Shown: positions 34,587-44,384 of the stretch, piece after piece
Layout: every line of letters starts with the position of its first letter
Numbering within the stretch: the first letter of the stretch is position 1
Assembly: GCA_003510435.1 (NCBI GenBank)
Contig: DOMK01000013.1
Span: forward strand, 12,135-76,134
Reading direction: 5' to 3'
DNA length: 64,000 nucleotides
Origin: Candidatus Magasanikiibacteriota bacterium
GTDB lineage: Bacteria; Patescibacteriota; Patescibacteriia; Magasanikbacterales; UBA922
Notes under the pieces: generated by a model
What the model saw: only the letters and a program-made list of their open reading frames with translations
Told to the model about the DNA's origin: nothing
The model's database searches: none
Position numbers and translations under genes: made by a program

Positions 34587-36380
34587 TTATTCCACAATTT
34601 TTATATGCAAATCTTTCAACTGTTTTTCATCTACTTCACTCGGACTGCCCACCATTGGTTCTTCCGCTTTTTGATTTTTTGGGAACGGTACAACAGAACG
34701 AATATTCTTTTCTCCCAAAAGCAACATCACCAATCTTTCAATCCCAGGAGCAAAACCACAATGTGGCGGTGCCCCAAATTCAAATGCATCAATCATGTGT
34801 CCAAACTTTTTATTTACTTGTTCTTTTGTATAACCAGCAATCGCAAATGCTTTGTACATAATTTCTGGATCCATATTACGCACGGCACCAGACGAAAGTT
34901 CAAGACCATTGGCAATAATATCATATTGATCAGCCAAAATATCTAATGGATCTTTGGTATTCAAGGCTTCTAGTCCTCCCTGTGGCATAGAAAATGGATT
35001 GTGACCAAAATCTATTCCACCTTTCTTGTCACTTGCCCCGAGAGAGTCCGTAGACTCTTTTTCGGGGCTCCATTCAAACATAGGAAAATCTACAATCCAC
35101 GCCCAAGCAATCAAATTTGGATCTTTTAAATTCAATTTATCTCCAGCCAAATCTCTCACCCCGCCCAAAGCTAGACAAGATACACGCCAGTTATCCGCCG
35201 AGAAAAATAATATACTATTTTGTTTTAATGATACTAATTGTTCTAATTGTTTAAGTTGTTCCTCACTGAAAAATTTCGCCACCCCACCATCAAATTTTCC
35301 GTCTAAATATTTCATCCAAGCTAAACCTTTAGCGCCAGCTCGTTTGGCTTTGTCAGTAAATTCTTCATCAATTTCTTTACGAGTAAAATTCTCTCCACCA
35401 GGCACAGCCAAAACTCTAATAAATTCGGCATCTTTAAAAACTTTAAAATCAGTCTGTTTTGCCCATTCGCTTACATTGGCAATTTTTAAATCAAAACGCA
35501 AATCTGGCCGATCTGATCCGTAAGTCTCCATGACTTCTTTAAAAGGAATTCTCGGAAATGGTTTTTGCCAAACTTTTTTGCCAGTTAATTTTTCAGTTAA
35601 TTCAATAAATAATGGTTCCATTAAATTAAAAAATTCTTCACGTTCCAAAAAGCTAGTTTCACAATCCAGCTGATAAAATTCACCTGGTGACCGGTCGGCT
35701 CGTGGGTCTTCATCGCGCATACAAGCCGCAATTTGATAGTATCTATCAAAACCAGCCACCATTAACAACTGTTTGTATTGTTGTGGGGCTTGAGGAAGAG
35801 CATAAAATTTCCCTGGGTGTATTCTGCTTGGGATTAAAAAATCTCTAGCGCCTTCTGGGGAAGATACAGTTAAAATTGGTGTCGCAATATCAATAAAACC
35901 GCGCGAATCCATATACTCACGAATCTGTTTTACCATTTTGGCGCGAAACAAAATATTATTTTTTAATTTTTCCCGACGCAATTCCAAATAACGATATTTC
36001 AAACGCAATTCTTCATCCTCTTCTTCTTTTCTCGCATCAAAAATTTCAAATGGCAAAGTCTTGGCTTTACTAATTATCTTTACCTCACTAGCAATCAATT
36101 CAATTTCTCCCGTGGCTAATTCTTTATTAACATTTTCAGACTTTCTATTTTCAACTTTCCCTTTTACACTTATTACATATTCGTACTTTAAACCTTCAGC
36201 TACATCAAAATTACTCATCTGGTCAGGATTAAAAACTACTTGGGTAATACCATAGCGATCACGCAAATCAACAAACATAAGACCACCCATTTTTCGATGT
36301 TTGTGTACCCAACCAGAGAGCATTACTTCCTCTCCAGCTTGTTTTTTGGTTAATTCTCCACAAGTGTGTGTACGATACAT
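34587..36380 (-). CDS. aspS: aspartate--tRNA ligase (bacterial type)
   Basis: About 597 aa from MYRTHTCGEL. N-terminal OB anticodon-binding domain, class II motifs and a GAD insertion domain. The tabulated ORF has a 17-codon upstream extension. Confidence 0.9.
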   Translation of the reverse strand: MYRTHTCGELTKKQAGEEVMLSGWVHKHRKMGGLMFVDLRDRYGITQVVFNPDQMSNFDVAEGLKYEYVISVKGKVENRKSENVNKELATGEIELIASEVKIISKAKTLPFEIFDARKEEEDEELRLKYRYLELRREKLKNNILFRAKMVKQIREYMDSRGFIDIATPILTVSSPEGARDFLIPSRIHPGKFYALPQAPQQYKQLLMVAGFDRYYQIAACMRDEDPRADRSPGEFYQLDCETSFLEREEFFNLMEPLFIELTEKLTGKKVWQKPFPRIPFKEVMETYGSDRPDLRFDLKIANVSEWAKQTDFKVFKDAEFIRVLAVPGGENFTRKEIDEEFTDKAKRAGAKGLAWMKYLDGKFDGGVAKFFSEEQLKQLEQLVSLKQNSILFFSADNWRVSCLALGGVRDLAGDKLNLKDPNLIAWAWIVDFPMFEWSPEKESTDSLGASDKKGGIDFGHNPFSMPQGGLEALNTKDPLDILADQYDIIANGLELSSGAVRNMDPEIMYKAFAIAGYTKEQVNKKFGHMIDAFEFGAPPHCGFAPGIERLVMLLLGEKNIRSVVPFPKNQKAEEPMVGSPSEVDEKQLKDLHIKIVE

Positions 36381-36561
36381 ATAGCATTGATTTAAACAGA
36401 TTAAAACTGATTCAGACAAAAAATTTACCACAAAATCTCTGTGTAATTCTGTCTAAAACAATGCTTATATCTTAGCAAAAACTAACCGATTTGGCAAGCA
36501 AAAAACACACCAATTTTGATGTGCTTTTGAGTCGTCCCGAAGGCGCAGACGACCTTCGGGT

Positions 36562-36771
36562 TCATTCCTTCTTCCTCCTCGAGGGGAATGCCTCCTTGAT
36601 GACACGGTACTCGGACCACGTCATCCACTGACCAGGCACAACACCGAAGATCTCACTGGGTGTTCGCCTGCCACCCGTCTTCTCCGACGGAATGCACTCA
36701 TCCAGCGCTTCCGGCGGGTAACGACGCAGTTCGTCCGTCTGAACAGATTTTAGTGCAAACACCTTGGGCAT
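36562..36771 (-). CDS. GC-rich 69-aa hypothetical protein (mini-cassette 3)
   Basis: MPKVFALKSVQTDELRRYPPEALDECIPSEKTGGRRTPSEIFGVVPGQWMTWSEYRVIKEAFPSRRKKE. It has its own TATAAT (plus 36799-36804) and a GGAG RBS, followed by a GC-rich double hairpin and a T-run (36494-36560). GC content is clearly above the surroundings. Confidence 0.5.
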   Translation of the reverse strand: MPKVFALKSVQTDELRRYPPEALDECIPSEKTGGRRTPSEIFGVVPGQWMTWSEYRVIKEAFPSRRKKE

Positions 36772-36873
36772 GTTGTTCTCCAAATCTATGTTTATTTTAT
36801 TATACACCCACAAAATTTTTATGCAACAAAAAAACACACTAATTTTAATGTGTTCACCATTTCCGTGTTCTCC

Positions 36874-37905
36874 TTATTTTATTCCGTATAATCCGTGTTT
36901 CTGCATCTTCACCATAAAAAACCCTTCAATCTCTTTACTTGGTATTATCCGTAAGGCTTTTTTAACTACTTCTTTATTAATCTCTCTTTCCTTCCATGTT
37001 CTAACAATCGGCAATTTATTAACTCCACTCAACTCAATTGGCAACAACTCACAATTTGTATTTTGCTCCATGAATTTTGTTATTTGCAGTTCATTCTCTT
37101 CTGGCGCAAACGTACAAGTTGAATAAACCAAAATTCCCCCTGGTTTTAACATTTGCCAAGCTGAGAACAACAACTTGCGTTGTAAATAAGCTGTATCTTT
37201 AATATTTCGTTCTTGCCAAAAACCATATGTGGTTGGTTTGTCTAAAATAATTCGCGCTTCGGCAGTACAGGGCGCGTCAAGTAAAATCTTATCAAAATAA
37301 TTTGGGTATAATTTAGTCAATTCTACTCCATTTTCATTTTTTAATTCTAATTTCCAATTGTTATTATCACCTATTACACCCAACAATTCCAAATTATGTT
37401 CTAATTTTTGAAATCTAACTTTATCTACGTCATTGGCCACAAGTTCACCTTTTGGTTTTCTTCCGCCCAAGGCGGATTCGTCTGGGTCGAACATCAACGC
37501 AGCAATCTGCGAAGTTTTACTCCCTGGAGCAGCCGTCAAATCTAAAACCTTTTCGCCAGATTGCGGATTCAAAACTAAAGGTGGTACCATACTCGCCAAA
37601 CTTTGTACATAAATTTTTCCTTGTTTATACAAATCCAAATCCTGCAGTTCACGCAGAGTTTTATTTTTCAAAATAAAAGCATCTTTATACCAAACAACAT
37701 TATCTGTTTTAAATCCCAAATCAAACAAAGCCTGTCTAATTTCATTTTTATCAGCTTTAATAGTATTTACCCGAAAAGTTGTCGGTCGTTCTACAAATGT
37801 CTGCTGAATTTGGGTACACAAAGAAACGCCGAACATTTCTGTTAGGCGTTCAATAAATTTTTCTGGTAAATTATGACTATGTTTTTTATTCATTTTATGG
37901 TTCAA
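36874..37905 (-). CDS. 16S rRNA m5C methyltransferase, NOL1/NOP2/Sun (RsmB-like) family
   Basis: 343 aa. SAM-binding motif DLTAAPGSKT and catalytic DAPCT region (DKILLDAPCTAE). Confidence 0.75.
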   Translation of the reverse strand: MNHKMNKKHSHNLPEKFIERLTEMFGVSLCTQIQQTFVERPTTFRVNTIKADKNEIRQALFDLGFKTDNVVWYKDAFILKNKTLRELQDLDLYKQGKIYVQSLASMVPPLVLNPQSGEKVLDLTAAPGSKTSQIAALMFDPDESALGGRKPKGELVANDVDKVRFQKLEHNLELLGVIGDNNNWKLELKNENGVELTKLYPNYFDKILLDAPCTAEARIILDKPTTYGFWQERNIKDTAYLQRKLLFSAWQMLKPGGILVYSTCTFAPEENELQITKFMEQNTNCELLPIELSGVNKLPIVRTWKEREINKEVVKKALRIIPSKEIEGFFMVKMQKHGLYGIK

Positions 37906-39187
37906 TTCTATTTAACATTCTAGGGAATGCAGATGTCTCTCGAATATGATGTATCCCTGCTATCCACCTTGTAACTCTTTCTATACCAATACCAAAACCA
38001 CAATGTGGTACAGAGCCATATTTTCGCAGATCTAGGTACCACTCAAAAATATCAACTTGTAAACCAGCAGACTTGATATTTTGTAAAATAATTTCATAAT
38101 CATCTTCACGCTGTGAACCACCAATTATTTCTCCAAAACCACGTGAGGCCAACACATCAGCATTCAAAACTAATTTTGAATCAATCGGGTGTTTTTTCAT
38201 GTAAAACGGTTTTATATCTTTTGGCCAATTCTTTACAATTACTGGTACATCTGAATCATTTGTCAATAATTCTTCATCCTCAGCACCCAAATCTTTACCA
38301 TATTCTATACTAGAACCACGTTTTTTTAATTCTGCAATCGCATCACCATATTCATAGTGAACAAATGGTTTTTCCACTACCGCCTGCAATTCTGACAAAT
38401 CACGTTCTAACAAAGCCAATTCTTCACCGCCATGTTCCAAAACATATTTTACAACATGCTTGATACTGGCTTCTTGAATTTTTAAACTTTCCTCATGTTC
38501 AATAAAAGCAATTTCGGGATTAAGAGACCAAAATTCAGTTAAATGTTTACGGGTCTTGGATTTTTCCGCTCGAAAATTTGGACACAAATCATAAACTCTT
38601 CCAAAAGCCATACACATAGCCTCTAAATATAATTGACCATTCTGAGTAAGATAAGCCTTGCGATCAAAATAATTAACTTCAAATAAATCAGTCGTACCCT
38701 CACATGAAGTTGGTGTAAAAATTGGTGTATCCAACTCAATATAACCTTGATTATTAAAATAATCCTGCAAACCTGCTTTAACCAAATGTCGTATCCGTAA
38801 AATTGCCCATTGTTTTTTGGAACGCAACCATAAATGACGATTATCCATTAAAAATTCTGGACCATGTTCTTTGTTACCAATCGGATAATCAATCGCCTGT
38901 TGAACTAATTGATATTTAGTAATTTGCAATTCAAAAACATCAGTCTTTTTTGGATGTTGGGTCACCTTACCTGTCACAATAATAGAAGATTCCTGAGTAG
39001 AATTTTCTACTAAGTTCCAAACATCTTCTGCTAATTCTTTTTTATTAGCTACACACTGGATAAAACCATTACCATCACGCAATTCCAAAAAAGCAATTGA
39101 ACCAGAGGAACGAATATTATTTAACCAACCTTTTAAAACTACTTCTTCTCCTACATGTTTTGATAAATCTTTTATAAATGTTTGCAT
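37895..39187 (-). CDS. asnS: asparagine--tRNA ligase
   Basis: 430 aa class IIb aaRS. Motif 2 FRAEKSKTRKHLTEFWSLNPEIAF is close to AsnRS FRAENSNTSRHLAEFWM.EPE. Sits next to tRNA-Asn. Confidence 0.8.
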   Translation of the reverse strand: MQTFIKDLSKHVGEEVVLKGWLNNIRSSGSIAFLELRDGNGFIQCVANKKELAEDVWNLVENSTQESSIIVTGKVTQHPKKTDVFELQITKYQLVQQAIDYPIGNKEHGPEFLMDNRHLWLRSKKQWAILRIRHLVKAGLQDYFNNQGYIELDTPIFTPTSCEGTTDLFEVNYFDRKAYLTQNGQLYLEAMCMAFGRVYDLCPNFRAEKSKTRKHLTEFWSLNPEIAFIEHEESLKIQEASIKHVVKYVLEHGGEELALLERDLSELQAVVEKPFVHYEYGDAIAELKKRGSSIEYGKDLGAEDEELLTNDSDVPVIVKNWPKDIKPFYMKKHPIDSKLVLNADVLASRGFGEIIGGSQREDDYEIILQNIKSAGLQVDIFEWYLDLRKYGSVPHCGFGIGIERVTRWIAGIHHIRETSAFPRMLNRIEP

Positions 39188-39239
39188 AATAATTTACAAT
39201 AAAGCATTAAATCAAAAAAACAAAATTTGTTTTTTTGAT

Positions 39240-39914
39240 TTATTGTTTTTTTGATTCTTTATATCCTACTTCCTGACTATAAAAATTAATACTATCTGCG
39301 ATTAAATGCATATCATCCATACCATAAGTCACCAACCCAAACCAAATTGAACCATAGGCATATGAATTAACAAGCATTGGATTCCAAACTTTATGCTCTT
39401 TGATAAACAAATCCAATGATAAACTCGCCCCATCATCCCCCAGATATGAATGATTAACTATCGCTCCACTCATAACTGACCAAGGAATAAAACAACTACG
39501 AAAATAATCTTTTCTAAGAATCCCTTCTGGACCAATATAAATAAAATAATGATTTATTTTCTTTTGTAACCAACTAGGAAAAAACCAGTAGCAAAGCAAT
39601 GAATAATAAAAAAAATAAATAATTAATAATATTGCAACTGGTATAAACCACTTCATTTTTAACCAGACATAAGTTAAAAAAGAAACTCCACCGCCCAAAA
39701 CAAAAATAAAAACAATTAAAAATGCAAAGAAAAAACTAGTCATTAAAATTGTCATGAACAAACTTTTTTGTGGATTGGGTCTAAAAACCTTACCGGAAAC
39801 TTGTTCGTTTTTAACAATTTTTTCGCTTAAACTACGCAAATTCTCTGGTAGTTTTTGCCATTTACCAATCTCAATTTCTTTGTAAAATAAGCTGTAAAAC
39901 CAAAGTGAAAACAT
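39240..39914 (-). CDS. hypothetical membrane protein
   Basis: 224 aa with 3-4 TM helices. No motif recognised. Confidence 0.35.
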   Translation of the reverse strand: MFSLWFYSLFYKEIEIGKWQKLPENLRSLSEKIVKNEQVSGKVFRPNPQKSLFMTILMTSFFFAFLIVFIFVLGGGVSFLTYVWLKMKWFIPVAILLIIYFFYYSLLCYWFFPSWLQKKINHYFIYIGPEGILRKDYFRSCFIPWSVMSGAIVNHSYLGDDGASLSLDLFIKEHKVWNPMLVNSYAYGSIWFGLVTYGMDDMHLIADSINFYSQEVGYKESKKQ

Positions 39915-40048
39915 ATATTCAATAAAACATCAAAACACAAAAACAATAAAACATCTACAAAAATATTACCATTTTTTGCTTAATTTAGCAAGTTACAAAT
40001 CCTCTCCAACATGGAGAGGATTTGTTTTGCTTGTTACAAGATAACGAT

Positions 40049-41380
40049 CTAATAAACTTCCAAATATCTTTCCCTTTCCCACTCTGACACATGGAGTCTA
40101 AAGTCATCCCATTCACTCATTTTTATTTCATAATATCTTTTAGCCATTTCCTTACCTAAAACATCATTAATCATTTTATCATCTTTCATGGCAAGCAGAG
40201 CACTATATAAATCTCTAGATACAGTATCAATTCCCCGATTCACGATTTCTTCTGGTGTCATTTCATAAGTTGATTCTTCAATTGGTTCTGGCGCTTGAAG
40301 TTTATTTTCAATACCATCCAAACCAGCTGATAACATCACCGCATAAGCTAAATATGGATTACATGTTGGATCTGGACAACGTAATTCACACCGTGTAGTC
40401 TGTGGCTTATCTGGATTGACCCGAGGAATACGCATGAGAGCTGATCTGTTTGTTTGACCCCAAGAAATATAAACTGGAGCTTCATAACCTACTACTAAAC
40501 GCTTATAAGAATTTACTGTTGGATTAATAATCGCGTTCATACCCTTGATATGACCCAGTTGGCCAGCGATAAACTGTAAAGCATAATCTGACAAGTGATA
40601 CTTTTTATCATCAGAATAAAAAGCATTTTTTCCTTCACTAAACAAACTCTGGTTAGTATGCATACCAGAACCATTAATCCCATAAAATGGTTTGGCCATG
40701 AAAGTCGCATGCAAACCCATTTTCTTGGCTACCATTTTTAAAGCATATCTAAAGGTAATAGTATTATCTGCAGCACACAAGGCATCAGAATATTTAAAGT
40801 TGATTTCATGCTGACCATTGGCTACTTCATGATGCAGGGCTTCCACTTCCATTCCAAATCCAGCCAAGGCTGTGCCCATAGCATGACGAACAGCCGTCGC
40901 GCCATCAATTGTCTGATCAAAATAACCCGCTTTATCATGTGGTAAAGGTTCAATTGTACCATCTTCTTTACGCTTCATGAGAAAAAATTCTAACTCTGGT
41001 GCCACATAATAATCAAAACCTAATTTCTTCGCTCTAGCCAATTGTTTTTTCAAAATATAACGTGGATCACCAGTAAATGGTTCACCATCTGGTGTAAATA
41101 CATCACAAATTACTCTCGCTTCGGTATAACCATTTCCTCTTGTCCAAGGAATTACACAGAAAGTTTCCAAATCTGGTTTTAAAAACATATCAGATTCAGA
41201 AATCCGTGCAAAACCTTCAATTGAAGAACCATCAAACCACTTACCATGTTTGATAGTATCACCAAACTGCTGTACTGGAATAGTGACAGCCTTTAATACC
41301 CCCAATAAATCTGAAAACTGTAGGTGAATAAATTTCACCTTGTGTTTAACAATTTCCTCCCTAATTTGTTCTGTTGTCAT
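40049..41380 (-). CDS. glnA: glutamine synthetase type I
   Basis: About 443 aa from MTTEQIREEI. GS beta-grasp and catalytic domains. The tabulated ORF runs further, into tRNA-Asn. Confidence 0.9.
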   Translation of the reverse strand: MTTEQIREEIVKHKVKFIHLQFSDLLGVLKAVTIPVQQFGDTIKHGKWFDGSSIEGFARISESDMFLKPDLETFCVIPWTRGNGYTEARVICDVFTPDGEPFTGDPRYILKKQLARAKKLGFDYYVAPELEFFLMKRKEDGTIEPLPHDKAGYFDQTIDGATAVRHAMGTALAGFGMEVEALHHEVANGQHEINFKYSDALCAADNTITFRYALKMVAKKMGLHATFMAKPFYGINGSGMHTNQSLFSEGKNAFYSDDKKYHLSDYALQFIAGQLGHIKGMNAIINPTVNSYKRLVVGYEAPVYISWGQTNRSALMRIPRVNPDKPQTTRCELRCPDPTCNPYLAYAVMLSAGLDGIENKLQAPEPIEESTYEMTPEEIVNRGIDTVSRDLYSALLAMKDDKMINDVLGKEMAKRYYEIKMSEWDDFRLHVSEWERERYLEVY

Positions 41381-41415
41381 AATTTTATAATTATGAATTA
41401 ATGAATTAAATTTTG

Positions 41416-41488
41416 CTCCGAGGGCTGGACTCGAACCAGCGATATCCGCGTTAACAGCGCGGTGTTGTACCAACTCAACTACCTCGGA
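41416..41488 (-). tRNA. tRNA-Asn (anticodon GTT)
   Basis: 73 nt. Acceptor TCCGAGG/CCTCGGA, anticodon loop CTGTTAA, T-loop TTCGAGT, discriminator G. CCA is not encoded. Confidence 0.8.
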
Positions 41489-41799
41489 ATAAATTACATC
41501 AATTTTAATCTGTTTAAATCTGTCTAAATCAATGCCAAAATTAAAGACTCTCCCGTCGGGGAGAGTCGTTTGTAGTGTTAGTCTGTTTTAGGACACTAAA
41601 AAACTCGCCCGCCGGGTTGGGGTGTATTATTATTAGTATTACTTGTCTGCCGTAGAGGCAGATTTGTTCGAAACATTTGTCTCATATGTTTAAATAATAC
41701 AACTACTTTTGAATAACGTCAAATAACTTATCCACACCGCACTAGAACCTCCTTACAGTCGGTTCGGTGCAGTGCAAGCACCTTTAAACAAAAGCACCA

Positions 41800-41828
41800 T
41801 TGACAAAACTACTTTTCTGTGATATAAT
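41800..41828 (+). promoter_or_regulatory. consensus sigma70 promoter TTGACA-N17-TATAAT (mini-cassette 1)
   Basis: ttgaca aaactacttttctgtga tataat. An AGGAGG RBS at 41901-41906 lies 7 nt before the ATG at 41914. Confidence 0.6.
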
Positions 41829-41913
41829 ATTTTGTTAAAAAACAGTTGAAAAACTAGATTTATTTGGCTAAATATAGACAAATTTGTCCGGTCTTTCAAC
41901 AGGAGGAAACGCC

Positions 41914-42084
41914 ATGGAATTAATCCTGGCAATAATCCTCGGCCTGATTGGGTTTGCCATCCTGAAGCTGATTCTTCGCACCGCTCTGTTCGGTGTAAAG
42001 ATCGGCTGTGGGTTGCTCACCCTCGCCATAATACTCGCGATCGTGTCGGGCCTGTGGCTGAAAGCCGGGGAGGGGTTCGTGTGA
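41914..42084 (+). CDS. GC-rich 56-aa hydrophobic peptide with two predicted TM helices (mini-cassette 1)
   Basis: MELILAIILGLIGFAILKLILRTALFGVKIGCGLLTLAIILAIVSGLWLKAGEGFV. Strong RBS. The stop codon sits in the loop of the hairpin gggttcg-tgtgaa-cgaaccc. Codon usage is GC-rich, unlike neighbouring genes. Confidence 0.5.
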   Translation: MELILAIILGLIGFAILKLILRTALFGVKIGCGLLTLAIILAIVSGLWLKAGEGFV

Positions 42085-42131
42085 ACGAACCCGCCCATTA
42101 TTAATTTTATATTTTAAAATTAATATAGGAT

Positions 42132-42160
42132 AAAAAATTCTGTTTTACACAGAATTTTTT
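42132..42160. terminator. bidirectional terminator aaaaaa-ttctg-ttttaca-cagaa-tttttt
   Basis: Hairpin flanked by A- and T-runs between recO (minus) and cassette 1 (plus). Confidence 0.55.
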
Positions 42161-42770
42161 ATTTTAATATTTTGCCCCAATCATTAACTTTTCTATCTGT
42201 ATTATACAATAAAAATTTATATATAAAATCATGCACTGATTTTTTGTATTCTAGTTTATTTATGATTTCCCAATTTTCTTTACTTAACATTTCTAAATCA
42301 TTTTTTATTCCAGTCGGAATTTTATCAGACTCAACAATATCTAAACCAAGATAAGACAATAACCTTACAACATAAGAATCTAACAAGTGTATACCGTATA
42401 CTGTATACTGATTATCAACATATTCCAACCAACTCACAATCAAATCAAATATTCTCTCATCTTTCTCTCCTTCGTGTAAAAGTTTATCCAAAGTTGAAAC
42501 CAAAAATCCCGCGGCCAAACTTTTTTGCAATTTTTTTCTAATACTAACAAAATAATTTATTGGTTGAACTGCTCCTAAATAATTTAATTCCTTACCAAGA
42601 ATAACTTCTGCTTCTACCAAAGAAAACGGCTCTAAATGAGCCGAATTTTTTGAAGTAATTTTTTTTACCCCTCTCGTCAAAATTTCCATTTTTCCTTTTT
42701 CCAAAGTATAAAATGAGATAATTTGATCAGCCTCGCGAAAATCACGGCGATAGAGGACAAATGCTAACAT
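42159..42770 (-). CDS. recO: DNA repair protein RecO
   Basis: 203 aa. N-terminal OB-fold signature (YRRDFREADQIISFYT...). No Zn finger, which is common in short RecO forms. Confidence 0.75.
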   Translation of the reverse strand: MLAFVLYRRDFREADQIISFYTLEKGKMEILTRGVKKITSKNSAHLEPFSLVEAEVILGKELNYLGAVQPINYFVSIRKKLQKSLAAGFLVSTLDKLLHEGEKDERIFDLIVSWLEYVDNQYTVYGIHLLDSYVVRLLSYLGLDIVESDKIPTGIKNDLEMLSKENWEIINKLEYKKSVHDFIYKFLLYNTDRKVNDWGKILK

Positions 42771-42772
42771 AA

Positions 42773-43027
42773 TTACTTTTTATATTTAAACATTAAACCT
42801 AACTGAAAAATACTTAAAATGAGAGATAAACCATTTGTTATTATTATTGGCCAGCTAACTATAAAATAGGCATATACAACCCACAATAGCATGCTAATAG
42901 CATAAGTTATTATAAGCAAAAAAGATAATTCATCAACTTTTTTTAATTTATAAGTTTTAACAATCTGAGGCAACATATTTAACAAAGTAAAAATTCCTGC
43001 CACATACCCGATTAATTCAACAAACAT
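42773..43027 (-). CDS. SemiSWEET/PQ-loop family small transporter
   Basis: 84 aa, 3 TM helices, PQ motif (LPQIVKTYK). Confidence 0.55.
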   Translation of the reverse strand: MFVELIGYVAGIFTLLNMLPQIVKTYKLKKVDELSFLLIITYAISMLLWVVYAYFIVSWPIIITNGLSLILSIFQLGLMFKYKK

Positions 43028-43036
43028 AGATATTTA

Positions 43037-44293
43037 TTAATAAATAAAAGATGATATTACTAAAATGACTGTCGCAGCAATAATTCCACCAACAGTTAAC
43101 CAAGCAATAATATTTCCAATGGGTTTATTTACATGTTCCCCCATAATTTTTTTATCATTAATAATTTTAAGTACAAAAATCAAAATGATTGGCAATAAAA
43201 TTCCATTAACATCTTGAGATAAAATCATCACTTTAATTAATGGTAAACCTGGTATTAATACTAAAATTGCGGGGATAATAATCCCGACCAAAATAATACT
43301 ATAAAAAATTCTCGCTTCATACCATTTTTTATTAAAACCATATTCCCAACCAAAGGCTTCACAAATCGCATAGGCTGTGGCAGTTGGTAAAATAAAAGCC
43401 CCAAGCATTGAAGCTACAAACAAACCAAAAGCAAATAAAATTAAAGAAAATTGGCCAGCCAATGGTTTCAAGGCCATGGCCGCATCTTTGGCATCAGTAA
43501 TGTGAATTCCGTGTTTATAGAGAGTATAAGCAGTACTAATAATAATAAAAAAACTAACAATATCTGTAATAAAAGCACCTAAAAAAACTTCGAGTTTTTC
43601 GGCTTTATAGTGTTTGATATCCAAACCCTTGTCAACTACATATGATTGAATAAAAAATTGCCCCCAAGGAGTAATAGTTGTACCAATCAAAGCAATCATG
43701 GTAAGTAAAAATGGCGCGCTAAATTCTAATGTTGGTTGAAATAATGACCGAGTGGCTTCTCCAAAATCTGGGCCTACCAAAAAACCATTAACTATATAAA
43801 CAACATAAAATGCTGAAAATATTAAAAATATTTTTTGGGTAAGTTTAAAAGAACCTTTGTACAAAATTAACCACACAGCCAAAGCTGCCACTGGCACTGA
43901 CCAATATTTTGATATATTACCAATTTCAAAAGATGACGCAATCCCAGCAAACTCAGCTGTAATTGTACCCAGATTGGCAATAAGCATGGTCACCATGGCA
44001 AACAAAGTCCATTTTACCCCAAATTTTTCTCTAATAATGCCACCTAGTCCCTGTCTAGTGACCAAACCAATGCGCACGCCCATTTCTTGAGTAATAGCCA
44101 AAGAAAAAGTAATTAAAAACAAAACCCAAAGCATTTTGAGACCAAAGTGAGCACCAACAATTGAATAGGTAGAAATACCACCCGCATCATTATCAGCATT
44201 GGCAGCAATAATCCCTGGACCAATCACGCTCAAAAAAAATAAAACTTTGGCCCACCAAATTGATTTTTTACTAACAATCTTTTTCTCTGACAT
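43037..44293 (-). CDS. mntH: NRAMP-family divalent metal transporter
   Basis: 418 aa with about 11 TM helices. NRAMP signature GPGIIAANADNDAGGISTYSIVGA. Confidence 0.85.
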   Translation of the reverse strand: MSEKKIVSKKSIWWAKVLFFLSVIGPGIIAANADNDAGGISTYSIVGAHFGLKMLWVLFLITFSLAITQEMGVRIGLVTRQGLGGIIREKFGVKWTLFAMVTMLIANLGTITAEFAGIASSFEIGNISKYWSVPVAALAVWLILYKGSFKLTQKIFLIFSAFYVVYIVNGFLVGPDFGEATRSLFQPTLEFSAPFLLTMIALIGTTITPWGQFFIQSYVVDKGLDIKHYKAEKLEVFLGAFITDIVSFFIIISTAYTLYKHGIHITDAKDAAMALKPLAGQFSLILFAFGLFVASMLGAFILPTATAYAICEAFGWEYGFNKKWYEARIFYSIILVGIIIPAILVLIPGLPLIKVMILSQDVNGILLPIILIFVLKIINDKKIMGEHVNKPIGNIIAWLTVGGIIAATVILVISSFIY

Positions 44294-44384
44294 AATAATT
44301 TAATGATCCGTCAATTATAAATATCCGTAAATCAAGATTACTCGCCTCGTTGAAGCTGTGGCGAAGCTGGTCAGTAATCCGTAA

